Source: Takakia lepidozioides (Eukaryota > Plantae > Bryophyta). From it: DNA of 64,000 nt. The translations under genes and the position numbers were made by a program. The DNA is taken from NCBI GenBank assembly GCA_030704615.1, contig CM060733.1:40300001-40364000 (forward strand), read 5' to 3'. Positions 1 through 12,019 of the stretch are shown here, piece by piece (the stretch's first letter is position 1; each line of letters begins with the position of its first letter). The notes beneath the pieces are model-generated. The model was not told the DNA's origin. It saw nothing but the letters and a program-made list of their open reading frames with translations, and made no database searches.

Positions 1-224
1 GAGAGGGTGGAAACTACGAGGAAGAGAAGCTAAAGCAATGCCTAACCCCAGCATGCCCTCATCCCAACACTCTTCCTCTCCTCTCTTCCCTCACTTGCAT
101 GACCATGGGAATATCATGAAGATACTCCTCAAACCGCCCTCCATGAGCTTCAAAATTCGGCCTTCAAGACCACATGCCAGTCCTTAGGCAGTCCACCAGT
201 GCCTCCACGAGTCAGCACAGGTTG

Positions 225-1272
225 TCCACAGGTCAACACGGGCCACCACAGACCAGCACAGGCCCACACAGCTCACTGGTCACAGCCATCACAGCCCCAC
301 ACATGCCACAGCCTATCACAGCCCTACACAGGTCACAGGGTCACAGCCCCACAGGCCGTAGCCTGTCACAGCCCCAAAGGCCACATGTCACAGCCTGTCA
401 CAGCCCATCACAACCCCAAAGGCCACAGGCACAGCCTGTCACAGCCCTACAAAGGTCACAGGGTCACAGCCTCAAAGGCCACAGCCTGTCACAGCCCCTC
501 ACAGCCCCATAGGCCACAGGGCACAGCCCGCCACAGCCCCCACGGCCACAGGTCACAGCCTGTCACAGCCTCCACGGCCACAAGTCACAGCCTGTCACAG
601 CCTATCACAACCCCAAAGGCCACAGGCACAGCCTGTCACAGCCCTACAAATGTCACAGGGTCACAGCCCCAAAGGCCACAGCCCGCCACAGCCCCTCATA
701 GCCCCATAGGCCACAGGGCACAGTCTGTCACAGCCTGCCACAGCCCCTCACAGCCCCATAGGCCACAGGGCACAGTCTGTCACAGCCCGCCACAGCCCCT
801 CATAGCCCGTCACAGCCCCATAGGCCACAGGGCACAACCTGTCCCAGCCTACCACAGCTTGTCACAGCCCCTCACAGCCCGTCAGAGCCCCACAGGCCAC
901 ATGGCACAGCCTGTCACAGCCCTACATAGGTCACAGGGGTCACAGCCCCAAAGGCCACAGCCCCTCACAGCCCGTCTTAGCCCCACAGGCCACAGGGCAC
1001 AGCCTGTCACAGCCCCTCACAGCCCATCACAGCGTGTCACAACCCGTCACAGCCCCACAGGCCACAGGCCATAGCCCACCACATCCTGTCACAGCCCATC
1101 ACAGCCTGTCACAGCCCGCCACAGCCCATCACAGCCCATCACAGCCTGTCACAGCTCGCCACAGCCTGTCACAGCCCGTCACAGCCCCACAGGCCATAGG
1201 GCACAGCCTGTCACAGCCCCACAGGCCACAGGGCACAGCCCCTCAAAGGCCATCACAGCCCCACAGGCCACT
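225..1272. repeat. Degenerate minisatellite built from 7-11 bp units (GTCACAGCC / CCACAGG / CACAGCCC), with ~200-bp higher-order repeats
   Basis: Continuous CACAG-core units. The block 397-487 recurs at ~594-684. The overlapping ORFs in several frames are low-complexity translations of the repeat. Confidence 0.9.
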
Positions 1273-1659
1273 CATGGCAGTTTAGCCATTTCTCCAAGGG
1301 GTTTAGCCACGCCAAGCTAGGGTTTGTGTCTCTTGGACTCTAGGCTTCTTTGCACCGAGCTATGGCGGTTGTGAAGAAATCAGCAAGGTATTCTTGCTCT
1401 TTCGGCTCCCACACACCACCAATAGTAGCCGTGAGCCATGAGGAAGATGGTTGCACAAACCAAGCCTTCTTTCTCACTTAGCCTCCCCAAACACGCCACT
1501 AAACTCAATGGCAAACAACCAAGCCTTGCTGGTTTCCAGCCCTTGTGAGCACTCATTCAAGCGTTTTCCTTGGCCATAACATCTGTTTTAGAGCCTATTC
1601 TAGCCCCCTACATCTGCCACTCCAAGAGCCATGCTCTATCTGGGCTTGAGGTTGAAACC

Positions 1660-2100
1660 CCAACGAAGAACATGCTCTACAAGTGTCGGACTGTCACATA
1701 AGAGCAGATCAGCCCCTTACCTTCTCTTCTAGTTCTCTAAAGCTTGAAAACAAAAGCCCAATGGACTGAAGGCATGCTCCACACATGCCCCACTCTCACT
1801 GCAAGAGAAACAGCCCCTTTGCTTCCTTTCTTGCACCCACCAACCTGAAAATACAAGCTTCAGCGGGCTGGAAGCATGCTCCACACATGCCCTACAGGGA
1901 AACCAGCCCCTTCCTTCTTTTCTTGCACTCCCAAACTTGAAAGTACAAGCCTTTAACAGGCCGAAAGCATACTCCACACATGCATTGCCCTCACATAAGG
2001 GAAGTCAGCCTTTCCCTCTTCCTTGCTTGCCCTCCAAGCTTGAAGATGGAAGCTTCAATGAGCTGAATACATGCTCTACACATGCAACCTCTTCACACAA
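1660..2100. repeat. Five ~100-bp-spaced diverged repeats with core AAGCATGCTC(C/T)ACACATG
   Basis: The motif occurs at about 1669, 1770, 1872, 1965 and 2066, each followed by CAGCCCC(T)T pyrimidine-rich sequence. Confidence 0.7.
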
Positions 2101-2575
2101 GAGGTATCAACCCCCTATCTTGGCTCCTTGACTCCTTGATGCTCTCTAAGACAAGACTAAGCACTCCACAGCCTTTGCCAAGCTCCTGAAACCCTAAGGC
2201 TTACATTTCCAGCCACAAGACACTCCTCTTGTGGTGCAAGAGCTCTTCTTCCAAGCTCTGAAACCCTAGGTGCACATTCCATGGCCTTGCCGCACCTCTT
2301 AGCTCTTGTTCCAGCCCTGCAGTATGGTGCTTTCATCTCTGAAGCTGGAGATCGAATGCCAAGGTCTACCACCTCGTTCTCAAGCAAAAACCACAAGTGC
2401 TACAACTAACTCGTATCTGGCACTCACAGATACAAGGTCATCTTTCTCGAGTGATAAGGAAGAAGAATACAAGCACAAGCTCATGCGAGCTCACAAAGCT
2501 GAAGCATAAACTCATGCATATATAAACTCATCACTCAAATACAAGTCAAGCCAAGTGCACCCCACGCCATGGGGA

Positions 2576-2593
2576 ATCCACACTACGGCGCCA
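2576..2593 (-). mobile_element. Putative primer-binding site (TGGCGCCGTAGTGTGGAT) of a Tat/Athila-like Gypsy element; region 1-2575 would be its internal leader
   Basis: The plus strand reads GAAT-CCACA-CTACGGC-G-CCA, the spacing of a tRNA 3' end. TGGCGCCGT is the start of the Lys/Asp-type PBS of non-chromovirus Gypsy elements. No LTR partner is visible. Confidence 0.35.
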
Positions 2594-2865
2594 TAGCTAG
2601 GCGCGATGAGGCTCAACTCGAGAAAGATGAGCCTCCCGCGCTTGCCGTGAAGAAAACCACTCCAGGGCCTAAATCTGCCTTGACCCCTGGATTGACACTT
2701 GGGCCAATCCCAAATATCAATATGTAAAAGCTAGCTATTTCCTAGCTAGTTTCATACTAGTGGTAAAATAACTTGACACTATAGATGGCCCAATTGAAGA
2801 TGTAAATATGACGGAACTCTATAGTCTTGATAAATTACGATATCACTTGCACATCATTCACCACT

Positions 2866-3890
2866 TGTTAATGGAAGTCAATTTTACATTCAACATATCA
2901 GATGCAGATGAGATGGTGACTCCTAAAAGGTGTTTGAGTTGGACCTATTGGTTTTAGTATCAATAGTCATGACTGTTCATATATCTTAAAGTGCACACAT
3001 GCTCATTATTGTAACATCTTCTTCATAACCAATTACAAGTTTTCTCTCTCTCTCTACATGAGAAACCATCCATATAGATCTAATGAGAGTCGACTTAAGA
3101 TTGTCATACCAGTAGATATAATACTCAAATGACTATCAAAGAAGATTCTCAAACATATTATATATAAAACCAAACTTTGCATCAATATTAAACATCATAA
3201 GCATCAAGTATGGTGAACATTATTCCTAGGCAAAGAAGTCTATCAAGGAGTATTCATGATAAAAAGAATGCGGTGAAGTCTTGGAGATGATTGAGTTTTA
3301 TGGCCATTTCAAGTGAAATTTACGTTGTTTATGATGCTTGGAACTCCAACAAACTTGTTTTGAAAACTTCATAGAGGTATGTCATGTGACATCAACTTAA
3401 GGAAGAGATCTAAGGTGTTATCCAAGAGCACCACTATTGGAGTGTGTGAATTTCAAATGAGCAATTTCTTCAACAAAAATTTGAAAATTTGACCGTCTAT
3501 GATTTGACAGCAAGCTGGTCACAACAATGCCTTCCACTTTTGTCATGAACTCATGGAAAGCCTTCCCTTTGGTCTGAGTTCCGCTACGCCTTTGCTTGGT
3601 CTCAGTTACCAAGGGAGCATATGCTATAGGATGTTGGCCAATGCCAACAACTCCATATATTTTACCTAATCAAAGATTAAAATTACATTGTTGAACAATC
3701 CTTGAGGGAGGGTGTTGGAAGTCAATTCTACATTCAATATATCAAATGGTGAATCGTGAAAGGACACAACTCTTAGATAAAGAGTTGTGCTTCTTGCGAA
3801 TTAGACCTATTGGTTGTAGTATCAATAGTCATGACTCTTCAGATGTGTTAACATCTTCTTCATAATCAATTACAAGTTACTCTCTCCCAC
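2866..3890 (+). mobile_element. Old, internally deleted Copia-like element (two diverged LTR copies)
   Basis: Direct repeats start at 2866 (TGTTAATGGAAGTCAATTTTACATTC) and 3713 (TGTTGGAAGTCAATTCTACATTC) and share GACCTATTGGTT...ATCAATAGTCATGAC. A polypurine tract TTGAGGGAGGG lies directly before the second copy. Confidence 0.6.
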
Positions 3891-3995
3891 TTCTACACCA
3901 CCGTCATTAAAGCAACAAAGGTAATTGTGTGCATACTTGAAGACATTGGCAGATTAGTACTGCAAATGTCTCCTGTTCTTAAATTTTACATGTAA

Positions 3996-4330
3996 GAGAA
4001 ATGAAATGAAGTGAAATGGTGCTTTATAACGTCCGCGGAAAGCTCATAGAGCTTATGGGACAAAATGGAAAGAAAAACATGAGAGAAAACAGGAAACCAG
4101 AGTCAAAGATAAGAACTATTGTTCGAGTGATTGTCTAAGGGTGAAGGCCTCGTGCAGGTAAGCTGCCAAGCATTTCTGATCCTCATAGTGAAAGACCTCA
4201 GTGAGAGATTGGGTTCCACGGAATAGACAATGCAATGGACAGAGAGACAAGAGATGATGGTCACAAACCAAGAGGAACATATAACATGCACGGAACAAGA
4301 ATGAATGGATCATCGCTCGACCCTCTGATT
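3996..4330 (-). mobile_element. 5'-truncated LINE 3' end (family B, (CATTT)n tail)
   Basis: Encodes ...[38 protein letters not shown], then a 3'UTR ending GGACGTTATAAAGCAC-(CATTT)n. A near-identical copy is at 35357-35730. Confidence 0.75.
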
Positions 4331-4414
4331 CTCTTGTGCGCGCAACTCGTGCAGTTTTGGTCCTTCTTACGGGGCTCCTCACCTCAAAACTAAACTAAGA
4401 TTCTTGAGGTCTCG

Positions 4415-6838
4415 ATGGATGACCCCAGGCGGCCAGCACGTCGAAATTCACTCCCCATCATACAACACCACCACACTGATACTCAGCCAGTTGACGATAC
4501 TTACGATCACCTCGCTGCCGCCTTCCACGATCCTGGGCCTTCAAATCCACGACCAACACCACGGCCTCCTTCTCGCACCTCATCTCCCCCCGCACACCCC
4601 CACCCTCACCTCCGTTCTGACGGTGCAGGCCCAAGCAACTACCACGATCATGCCCACCACAACCATCCGACTAACATGGGTGCGGATATTCCATGGACTG
4701 AATATAGATTGGTGCCCAGCCACATATCGCATGCGGTTTCTGCCAGTGATCACAACGTGAATGATTTGGATGATTTCAATGATTTGGATCCCGTGTCTGA
4801 GGTGGCCAAAGTCTATGGCAACACATATGACCCTTCCACAAGTGCACCAGCGGTCTCCTCTGCTAATCGCAACCTCAACGATACTTCGCACACCCCTTCG
4901 TCCCCTCCAAGATTGCGATCCCGCAACCTATCAATTACTCCTAAAGTAGGGCAATTGGACGACACTGGAATGCGTCAGCAGGCAGGTCAGGCTACAGACC
5001 TTGCAGCTGCAGATGAAATCCGAGGCTACCGTAGTCTTTCTGACCCTCCGGATACTGACCAAGTGGACTCCTCTGGCAATCGTAATGTCACTGGATTAAA
5101 TCAGCGGCCAGAGGACTCGACCTCTGTGCACGCTACACCTCTTGATCCTTCGAGTTATGTTGCTCCTGATCAGCCGCCAGCTACATTTGGAGAAATAAAG
5201 CGAAGACGTCGTGTCTCTAAAGGCGAGAGGTCTAGGGCCTATTTAGATGCGAAAATTCCTGATCGTAGACAACCGGCTCGGAGTCCCCCTCCTGCGCCAC
5301 GCACTTGGCATCCACGACCTGGCACTGCTTGGGACGATTGGCAGGTACGACAGTACGTGGATCAATTAGTAGCACATTACGGAACGAGGATCCCTAGCAA
5401 TTGGGCTGTTGATCTGCCTCCGAGTGCCATCGTTGCTTGTTTGCAAGTGTTTCCAGCAAACGCCGCAATAAATTCCGCTTGGGAGCATTTCGACTCCGAC
5501 AGGCATAGGGAAGCCTTAGCTTTCGTTGCTTACCGTGCATATTCGTGGACGCCAGATATGGTAATAACTCCTCCCCCCTACTCAAATTCGCATAGTTACC
5601 GACGGTATTTTCCTGCGATTCTACATAGGACCAACGTACGAAAGTTTATTGGGTTAGATTGGAGTCTCTTCGTAAAATCGGTTGCGCAGGGGCTGCCTCC
5701 TGATGAATGTGACAAGAGTTCCTGGCTGGGCTTGCCATCCCTGAGTTGGGTAGGCAACCAATATACCTTGGATCGAGTGATCGCTGCAGACAATGGCCTA
5801 TTGGTTCTGGAAGGTGGTCCAACACAACCAGCGATTAAGCCTTTCGCTTTCTCAGACACGATCATAAAACCAAATGATCAGTACTGGAGCAGTACGCCCC
5901 ACTATAAGTACCAAGTGAAACGGCAATCGCTACTGATCACATGCAACCCCCTCACAAAGGATTACAGATTTCTACCTCCCATCGAGATTCGAGATCTCAG
6001 TACAGTACCCTCCGGAAAGGTAGGGTGTTTAAGTTTTGATTCGAATGTTACTGGACAGTACTGCCTGGTGGTTCTGTGTGAGTCAGAGCAGCCTGTAACA
6101 AGGGACCAGAAGAAATCTCATGAACGGATGTATCCCCAGGCTCCGTGTTTGCGTCCCCGAAAGGGGATGATGGTTGCTGTCTTCTACTCAGCCTTAAACA
6201 GATGGAATGACTTCCCCGGCCTTGACGATGTGCACCCCGCAAACGTCTCTCTCAGTGGACGATCTGGCTGTGCTTTCATCAACTGCCGGGTGTACTACGG
6301 ATGCCTTCGTGTGACCCAACTCCGCCCTTCCCATTCCACAGATGAGGAATCACCAGCCATTCTTTACTTCAACCTCAGTGGAACACTAGGAGGGCCCCCA
6401 AGAGTCTTTCCGTTTCCCTGCCCGGGCAATTCCCCGCCAAAGCTGGCTACAGACAATGTTAGAGTGTATGCTGCTACTAGAGACGTGCAACAAGACGGTA
6501 GAGATGTAGGTCGTATAACTGTCTGGGAGGTGACGCTTCACTCCGACGGAGTCCCTACTGGGCAGTATGCCCATGTTGGGGTTATGCCCAATGAATTGTA
6601 TATCAATCTCTTTAAACTGGATACCTATCAGCCTCAAGAGCAACCATACGAGGTAGTGGGCGGCGACAATCTGATTGCATTCAAAGTTGATGTTTTTGAC
6701 ACTGACATTGTTGTTTTCTATGTGCCCTTAAGGTATTGGTATACGTTGAGATTCCCCGGACTGGCGGGTTACAACCCGCAGAAACCTTACGAATTTGTTG
6801 ACGGCACATATGTGCCCAGTTGGATAGCAAAACCGTGA
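4415..6838 (+). CDS. Intronless F-box-like protein with kelch/FBA-type C-terminal propeller and long Pro/His/Asp-rich disordered N-terminus (807 aa)
   Basis: 2.4-kb uninterrupted ORF. Degenerate F-box WAVDLPPSAIVACLQVFP...W. The motifs VIAADNGLLVL and LITCNPLTKDYRFLPP are typical of plant F-box-associated domains. Confidence 0.7.
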   Translation: MDDPRRPARRNSLPIIQHHHTDTQPVDDTYDHLAAAFHDPGPSNPRPTPRPPSRTSSPPAHPHPHLRSDGAGPSNYHDHAHHNHPTNMGADIPWTEYRLVPSHISHAVSASDHNVNDLDDFNDLDPVSEVAKVYGNTYDPSTSAPAVSSANRNLNDTSHTPSSPPRLRSRNLSITPKVGQLDDTGMRQQAGQATDLAAADEIRGYRSLSDPPDTDQVDSSGNRNVTGLNQRPEDSTSVHATPLDPSSYVAPDQPPATFGEIKRRRRVSKGERSRAYLDAKIPDRRQPARSPPPAPRTWHPRPGTAWDDWQVRQYVDQLVAHYGTRIPSNWAVDLPPSAIVACLQVFPANAAINSAWEHFDSDRHREALAFVAYRAYSWTPDMVITPPPYSNSHSYRRYFPAILHRTNVRKFIGLDWSLFVKSVAQGLPPDECDKSSWLGLPSLSWVGNQYTLDRVIAADNGLLVLEGGPTQPAIKPFAFSDTIIKPNDQYWSSTPHYKYQVKRQSLLITCNPLTKDYRFLPPIEIRDLSTVPSGKVGCLSFDSNVTGQYCLVVLCESEQPVTRDQKKSHERMYPQAPCLRPRKGMMVAVFYSALNRWNDFPGLDDVHPANVSLSGRSGCAFINCRVYYGCLRVTQLRPSHSTDEESPAILYFNLSGTLGGPPRVFPFPCPGNSPPKLATDNVRVYAATRDVQQDGRDVGRITVWEVTLHSDGVPTGQYAHVGVMPNELYINLFKLDTYQPQEQPYEVVGGDNLIAFKVDVFDTDIVVFYVPLRYWYTLRFPGLAGYNPQKPYEFVDGTYVPSWIAKP

Positions 6839-7819
6839 GACTTGAATCCCCGAGGCCGTCTTGCGAGTCAGAGAAAGACGAACGTTGTACTGAGGACGTC
6901 ATCACCGAACAACTCTGTTGCTGCATCGTATCCGCACAGGTTTGCAACTGATTTGATTGAGAATTCCTGATCCTATCCGACATCGAATCTACGTGTGCAT
7001 GAGAAGGTGATTGTGCCAGCTGTTAAGTAATTTTATATAAGGATAGATCTGTAGACCGATTTCTTCTGGTCTTAGAAATAGGGTCATTGAATTAGTCTTT
7101 TATCACAAACTCTCGCTTTTTGGACGAGTTGAATCTTTTGACTTTCTTCTCTCACGTCTCATCACCTGGAATGCAGGTATCATGCACCTGAGAGCTTACT
7201 CTTCCATTACAAGATCAGATATGATTGGCACCTCATGAGGTGTCAACTGCACACTCAGATTAGACAAACCTATTCAGAGCTATACAAGTTGCTTGGCCAG
7301 CCGGAATAACTTCATAAATTAGCAAGTTTTTTATTTGGATCTGGAGCTGGCCCATTCTGCTCCCTGCATCTTCTAGACTTTTAAACATGTGTACATAGCT
7401 AGGGGCTGAAGTCATCTAAGGTCGCATTTTTAAGTACAAGAGATGGTATACTATCTCTACATGAAGAGATAGTAAGACATTGATTGGGTCCCAATGAAAA
7501 GTATAAGGTCTGGTGGTCAGGGAAAATCTTTGCGAAATTTATTTTAACAAAATTATATAGATATACATCTTAGAATTGGAAGAGTCAAGACGCGGCCTTA
7601 AGCATTCGCTCAATTTTAATGCTAATTTGCAATATACCTAAGCAAGTCCACGACTGCAAAAGCATCTAGCTAGCATCTAGAAGAAACTTGTACATATTGT
7701 TCTTGTGCACACTGTTTCTGCAATTCTTAGCCAAGTGCGAGATGGTAGAAAACATGTTGTTGCTTAGGCATCTAGGCGGCTTGATAAACATGAAAAAAAT
7801 TATAGTATTACTGACAAGG

Positions 7820-8045
7820 AGGGGTTGGCTGTCATTTTTGTGTGAAACACTTCAGGCAGTACCTGCATGGTTGTTATTTCATCGTGGAGACAGATCACCT
7901 ACCTCTCAAAGCCCTTAAAACTCCTCGTGAATTGTCTGGCAGACTTGCTAGATGGTCTTTACTTCTACAGGGCCTTGAATATGACATTGTTTACAAGAAG
8001 GGGAAAGAAAACGGCGACGATGATGCACTTACTCGGGGAGAGACC
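7820..8045 (+). mobile_element. Gypsy RNase H fragment
   Basis: KHFRQYLHG..FIVETDHLPLK..SGRLARWSLLLQ..YDIVYKKGKEN..DALTR. Confidence 0.85.
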
Positions 8046-9737
8046 AAAACCCCACCTAAACCCCTCTTCCTTATACGACCCTAGATGACTTGGCTCGCAT
8101 GCAGAATCCTGATCGTTCGCTGCCTGATCCATCCACGTGCCGGCAAGAAAACTAACTAGTAAGATTCACAGAGCCCGGTTGGGACAAGGAATGGCATAGT
8201 CGAGGGTTGTTGGTTATAACTGTATTCGCGCCTTTTTCAATCTGCAAGAGGAAGCTCCACGCAGCACTTGGAGAGAATTTCAACACAGGAAGAGAAAGAG
8301 ACCTCTGTGATCATAGGCTGAGATCTATAGAGATTCTTTCGAGATTAGATTGATTATGGGAGCACATGCAATCAAGAAATTAAAGAGCTCTTCAGGACTG
8401 TATCATTAATTTCATATGTGTGCACAAGTGTTCAAACCTTTCAGAATATAGTCCAAAGAGAGCCACATAATACATGGCTCAACTTAGCTAGTAATTACTT
8501 AAGCTTCGTTTACTAATCATGAGCTGGGCTAGGAAGTCCATCAAATGGCAGTGAAGACTTAAGCCATACACATCCTTACATATACATGCTTCAGCTCTTT
8601 CGCTTTTATGGCCGCGTTAAACTTGGCTTGATCGAAATTGATCTCCTCTACTGACTTCCCAAGGCCCTGGTCATCTGAAAGAAAGCTATCCAGAAATCGT
8701 TAACTTCTTAACGACCATCGACCACAGCGCGAGGAAGAGAGAAGGAAAGCAGTCTCACATGTGACGGCTATCATGTGAGCCCAAGATTGAGAGCTGTATG
8801 CGCATCGCATCGGGCTACAACCTTTAATGTTAATGGGTACAACCGAATCGATTAAACTATAAATGTCTCTTTTAATTTCAATATTTGTTGGATCAACCTT
8901 CAATGATAATTTTGATGAAGAACGAAGTGGAAAGACTGATCAATAAGAACTGGATGAGTGACGTAACTTCTGAACAGTCAGATGTTTCTATGAGTCTAAG
9001 CTCATGATGAGGTCGGGCTGAAGAAGGAAGTCTAGAAGGAAGAAATCTAGAAAAATAGCATAACTAGGTAGGAATGTTGATTCGAAGGAAGAGCTAGCAG
9101 GCCTGCTGTGTCAAAATTTGCTGAAGGTTGTCGGTATAAAGCCAAGAAATGGTGTACATACTTATTTGAGCCTTCCCACAAATGTTTGGTCTTCGCCAAC
9201 CGAGAATGATGAACAGCGACCACATTCATTGTGGGCCCCATCAAAGAGCAACTCTGGGAAAATCTGGGATGCATCACATAACCATATCCTGCAACCAAAT
9301 CCATCGCAACTGACTGAGGCTTGACCAGCATCGAGTCTAATCTTTGAGCATTCTTGTGCATAATTATAAATAGCTCGGTTAAATTTTGGGCAAACAGATT
9401 TTCAAGCTAAATTGGGATAGACAGGTGCAATCCAGTGCCCAGGTGAATATTGATTCTCATGGCATTTGGTGTTATATGGTGGTTTTTCCTGGCTAATCTG
9501 TACTGTTGCTTACCCACATTCCAATCTCTCCAACAGTTTTTTACGTGCTTTCCCTTAGCACTATGGAAGTGAAAAGGTGGGACGTTGTCACTTGTCACTA
9601 GATCGAACAGACTAATTGCTTAGCTAGTCTCCAACATATTTTAGGCATTTTTTCTCGTGAAAGTACAGCGTCTGACTCAGGTCCGCGCAGTATCCCTCTA
9701 ACTTCTCATATAATATAACTTAAGAGAGGTCTCTAGC

Positions 9738-9764
9738 GAGAGAGAGAGAGAGAGAGAGAGAGAG
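9738..9764. repeat. (GA)n microsatellite
   Basis: Pure GA run. Confidence 0.95.
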
Positions 9765-11589
9765 GTCTTGCTCCTCGGATACTTGATTGCAAAGCTGCGG
9801 AAGTATCTGTTGCCCTGAGCCTGTCTGCAAGCGTGTCCATAAGTGAAAAGAAAATGATGCGAACTTGGGCTGTGTTATGTTCGTTTGCAAGAGATCAGAT
9901 AGAAACTCAAGTAGCGTGCTCACTTACAAACGATGTTCCTTTGTTGCATTCGTTTCACCTGCGTCCATGTCCAGTTTCAGTTCCAGAATGAGTTGTATGG
10001 GTCGGTGCCACATTGCAGACTTCTGTCAAAGTAGGCTCCTGGGCCTGATAGTGCACGTGTACAGAGCACAATGTAGAAAGGGAAAAATCAGTGCCCAGTG
10101 AGGATTCACGAGTCAATTACTTTCGCCTCTCTCACATTCAGGGCAAGGCAGAATAATGTACATCCTTCGCACTTGATTACCCCGTAGGTCTAGTTTCTGT
10201 TACAGAGCTCGCTACCCATGCATTGCTACTTAAGACCAGTGCCTTACATAGCAGGTAAAATTTATGGTCCACCCTTGCTGACAAACTGAAGTACTCTCAC
10301 AGTCAATGGCATCCCATCCTACACATTGACTTCAGATTGTTACTAACTCTGCAACGGATGAGTGGATTTTGAGAAAAATCTTTCCGATTATCCCTCTGCG
10401 CCGTCCAGCCTCATTACGACGAAATCGGAGGCGAAGTGTCAAAGCCTAGAGATGTATAATATTTAAGACGCAAGGATCTCCGAACTAGATTTGGACAAGT
10501 TTATTCGACTGCAAGAGACCAGTAACTTCAAAGCTCCATTTCGATACATATATGAAATCTCCGCTTCAATAGGGCTCATTCAGTTTAAGGATTAAATATA
10601 GATTGAGAGGTTTACCATTGTCCTTGTGAACGGGGTGGAACGGACCACCCCAACATCCAAGAGCTTCAGAGCAGCCATATCCAAATCCTCAACGCGAGCA
10701 CTGCGATTCCCGCTCCGCAGCCCAGATTCATGGATTACTTACTGCGAGCTGACCATCACGGGTTCGCTGGACATCCATATCCCAGACAGGTGGCCAGCGC
10801 CCTCCAAGAGGGACGCCAGGAAGGAAGGCATAGTGTTCTTGTCCAGTAGCCATATTGTGGGGCCCATGCAACTTAGCACTGGATGCCCCTTGGTCGATTT
10901 TAATTTTCCAGCGATTGGGGTACAGTTTTACATTTTTCAAGGGCCGTGCTTGCAGAGCCCAGCAAGGGTGACGACCTGCTACTCACCTCGCGCATCCTCA
11001 CTAACACGCAGTCTGTTGGATCTGGTGGTTTTCTGGCCAGGCGGAGGTGAGGGTCCTTCACCTTTCACGGGTCTCTAACTTGCTATATGTGTAAGTTTTG
11101 CTGCTTAGTATATTGCATAGATGATGGAAATCACCTATCGCATGAAGCAGCCAGTGCCTAGGACGAATGACACAGCGCTTCACGGTCGACAGCCTCATGT
11201 TTCTGTGAGGGAAGTATTTTACGGAAGTAATACCCTTAGATCTAACTGGTCAGATTGTCTTCTCAATGTACCATGCTTCAACCGTGTTTAAAATTGCATG
11301 CAACCTTTTCCTACACTGACACTTTGGGTGGTTTTGGTGATCTGCTCCTTGACTCCCTTGCTGCATGTTTGTACACCCGTCTTGTTTGTGCTCATGCAAG
11401 AGGACTTGCCACAGTCTATTACGGTTTGGGATTCAGGCTTGGGCTGGATGCTGATCAAAATCAATGTGTCCTTTCAGAAGTCAGGACTTCTTCGGGATTA
11501 CATTTGGAAAGATGCCATTTGGAAGACAGCCCACGGTGATCAGACAACCTGCAACCCTTTGGGCCTGCTCTGAGGAGTCCAATGATGAT

Positions 11590-11710
11590 TGGGAAAGAGA
11601 CGAGAAACAAAGATGGGTGTGCACCATAAAGGGACCCAGTCGTACCACATGCAATACAACGTTTTGCAGAAAGGCCGCCCTTGTCTATCATAGGTGTCGA
11701 AAACATGGCT
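11590..11710 (+). other. Isolated C2H2-like zinc-finger coding fragment
   Basis: WVCTIKGPSRTTCNTTFCRKAALVYHRCRKHG has C-x9-C-x3-F-x8-H-x4-H spacing (ORF 11464-11787). No full gene model could be built. Confidence 0.35.
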
Positions 11711-12019
11711 TATCAAGGGGTGAAAATTATATTCCGGACCAAAGAAACAAGGAATCGTCATTTGAGGGTAAGATAATCACTCCATGATATCACTACTATA
11801 TCAGTTACACCCTTTAATTATAGAAGCTTCAATTTTCAAAGAACCAGCCTTGGTCTTTGAAATTCATGTCATATATATTGACACACCAGTGTAGAGTCTC
11901 TAAACAACTGCACTGCACCAGGACAGCTATAGCACATAGGTACTGCATCATCACATGATGTGCGCTACAAATGTCTCGTAGGGTTTTGAGTCTCGGCTTC
12001 AGTTGGATGCTGAACTTGT

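Noticed and set aside
225-1272. Possible CRISPR-like array
   Set aside because: There is no constant repeat with unique spacers, the context is eukaryotic, and no cas genes are present.
174-1285. ORFs of 112, 291 and 83 aa rich in H/S/P/Q/T
   Set aside because: These are stop-poor translations of the CACAG minisatellite in several frames, with no domain signal.
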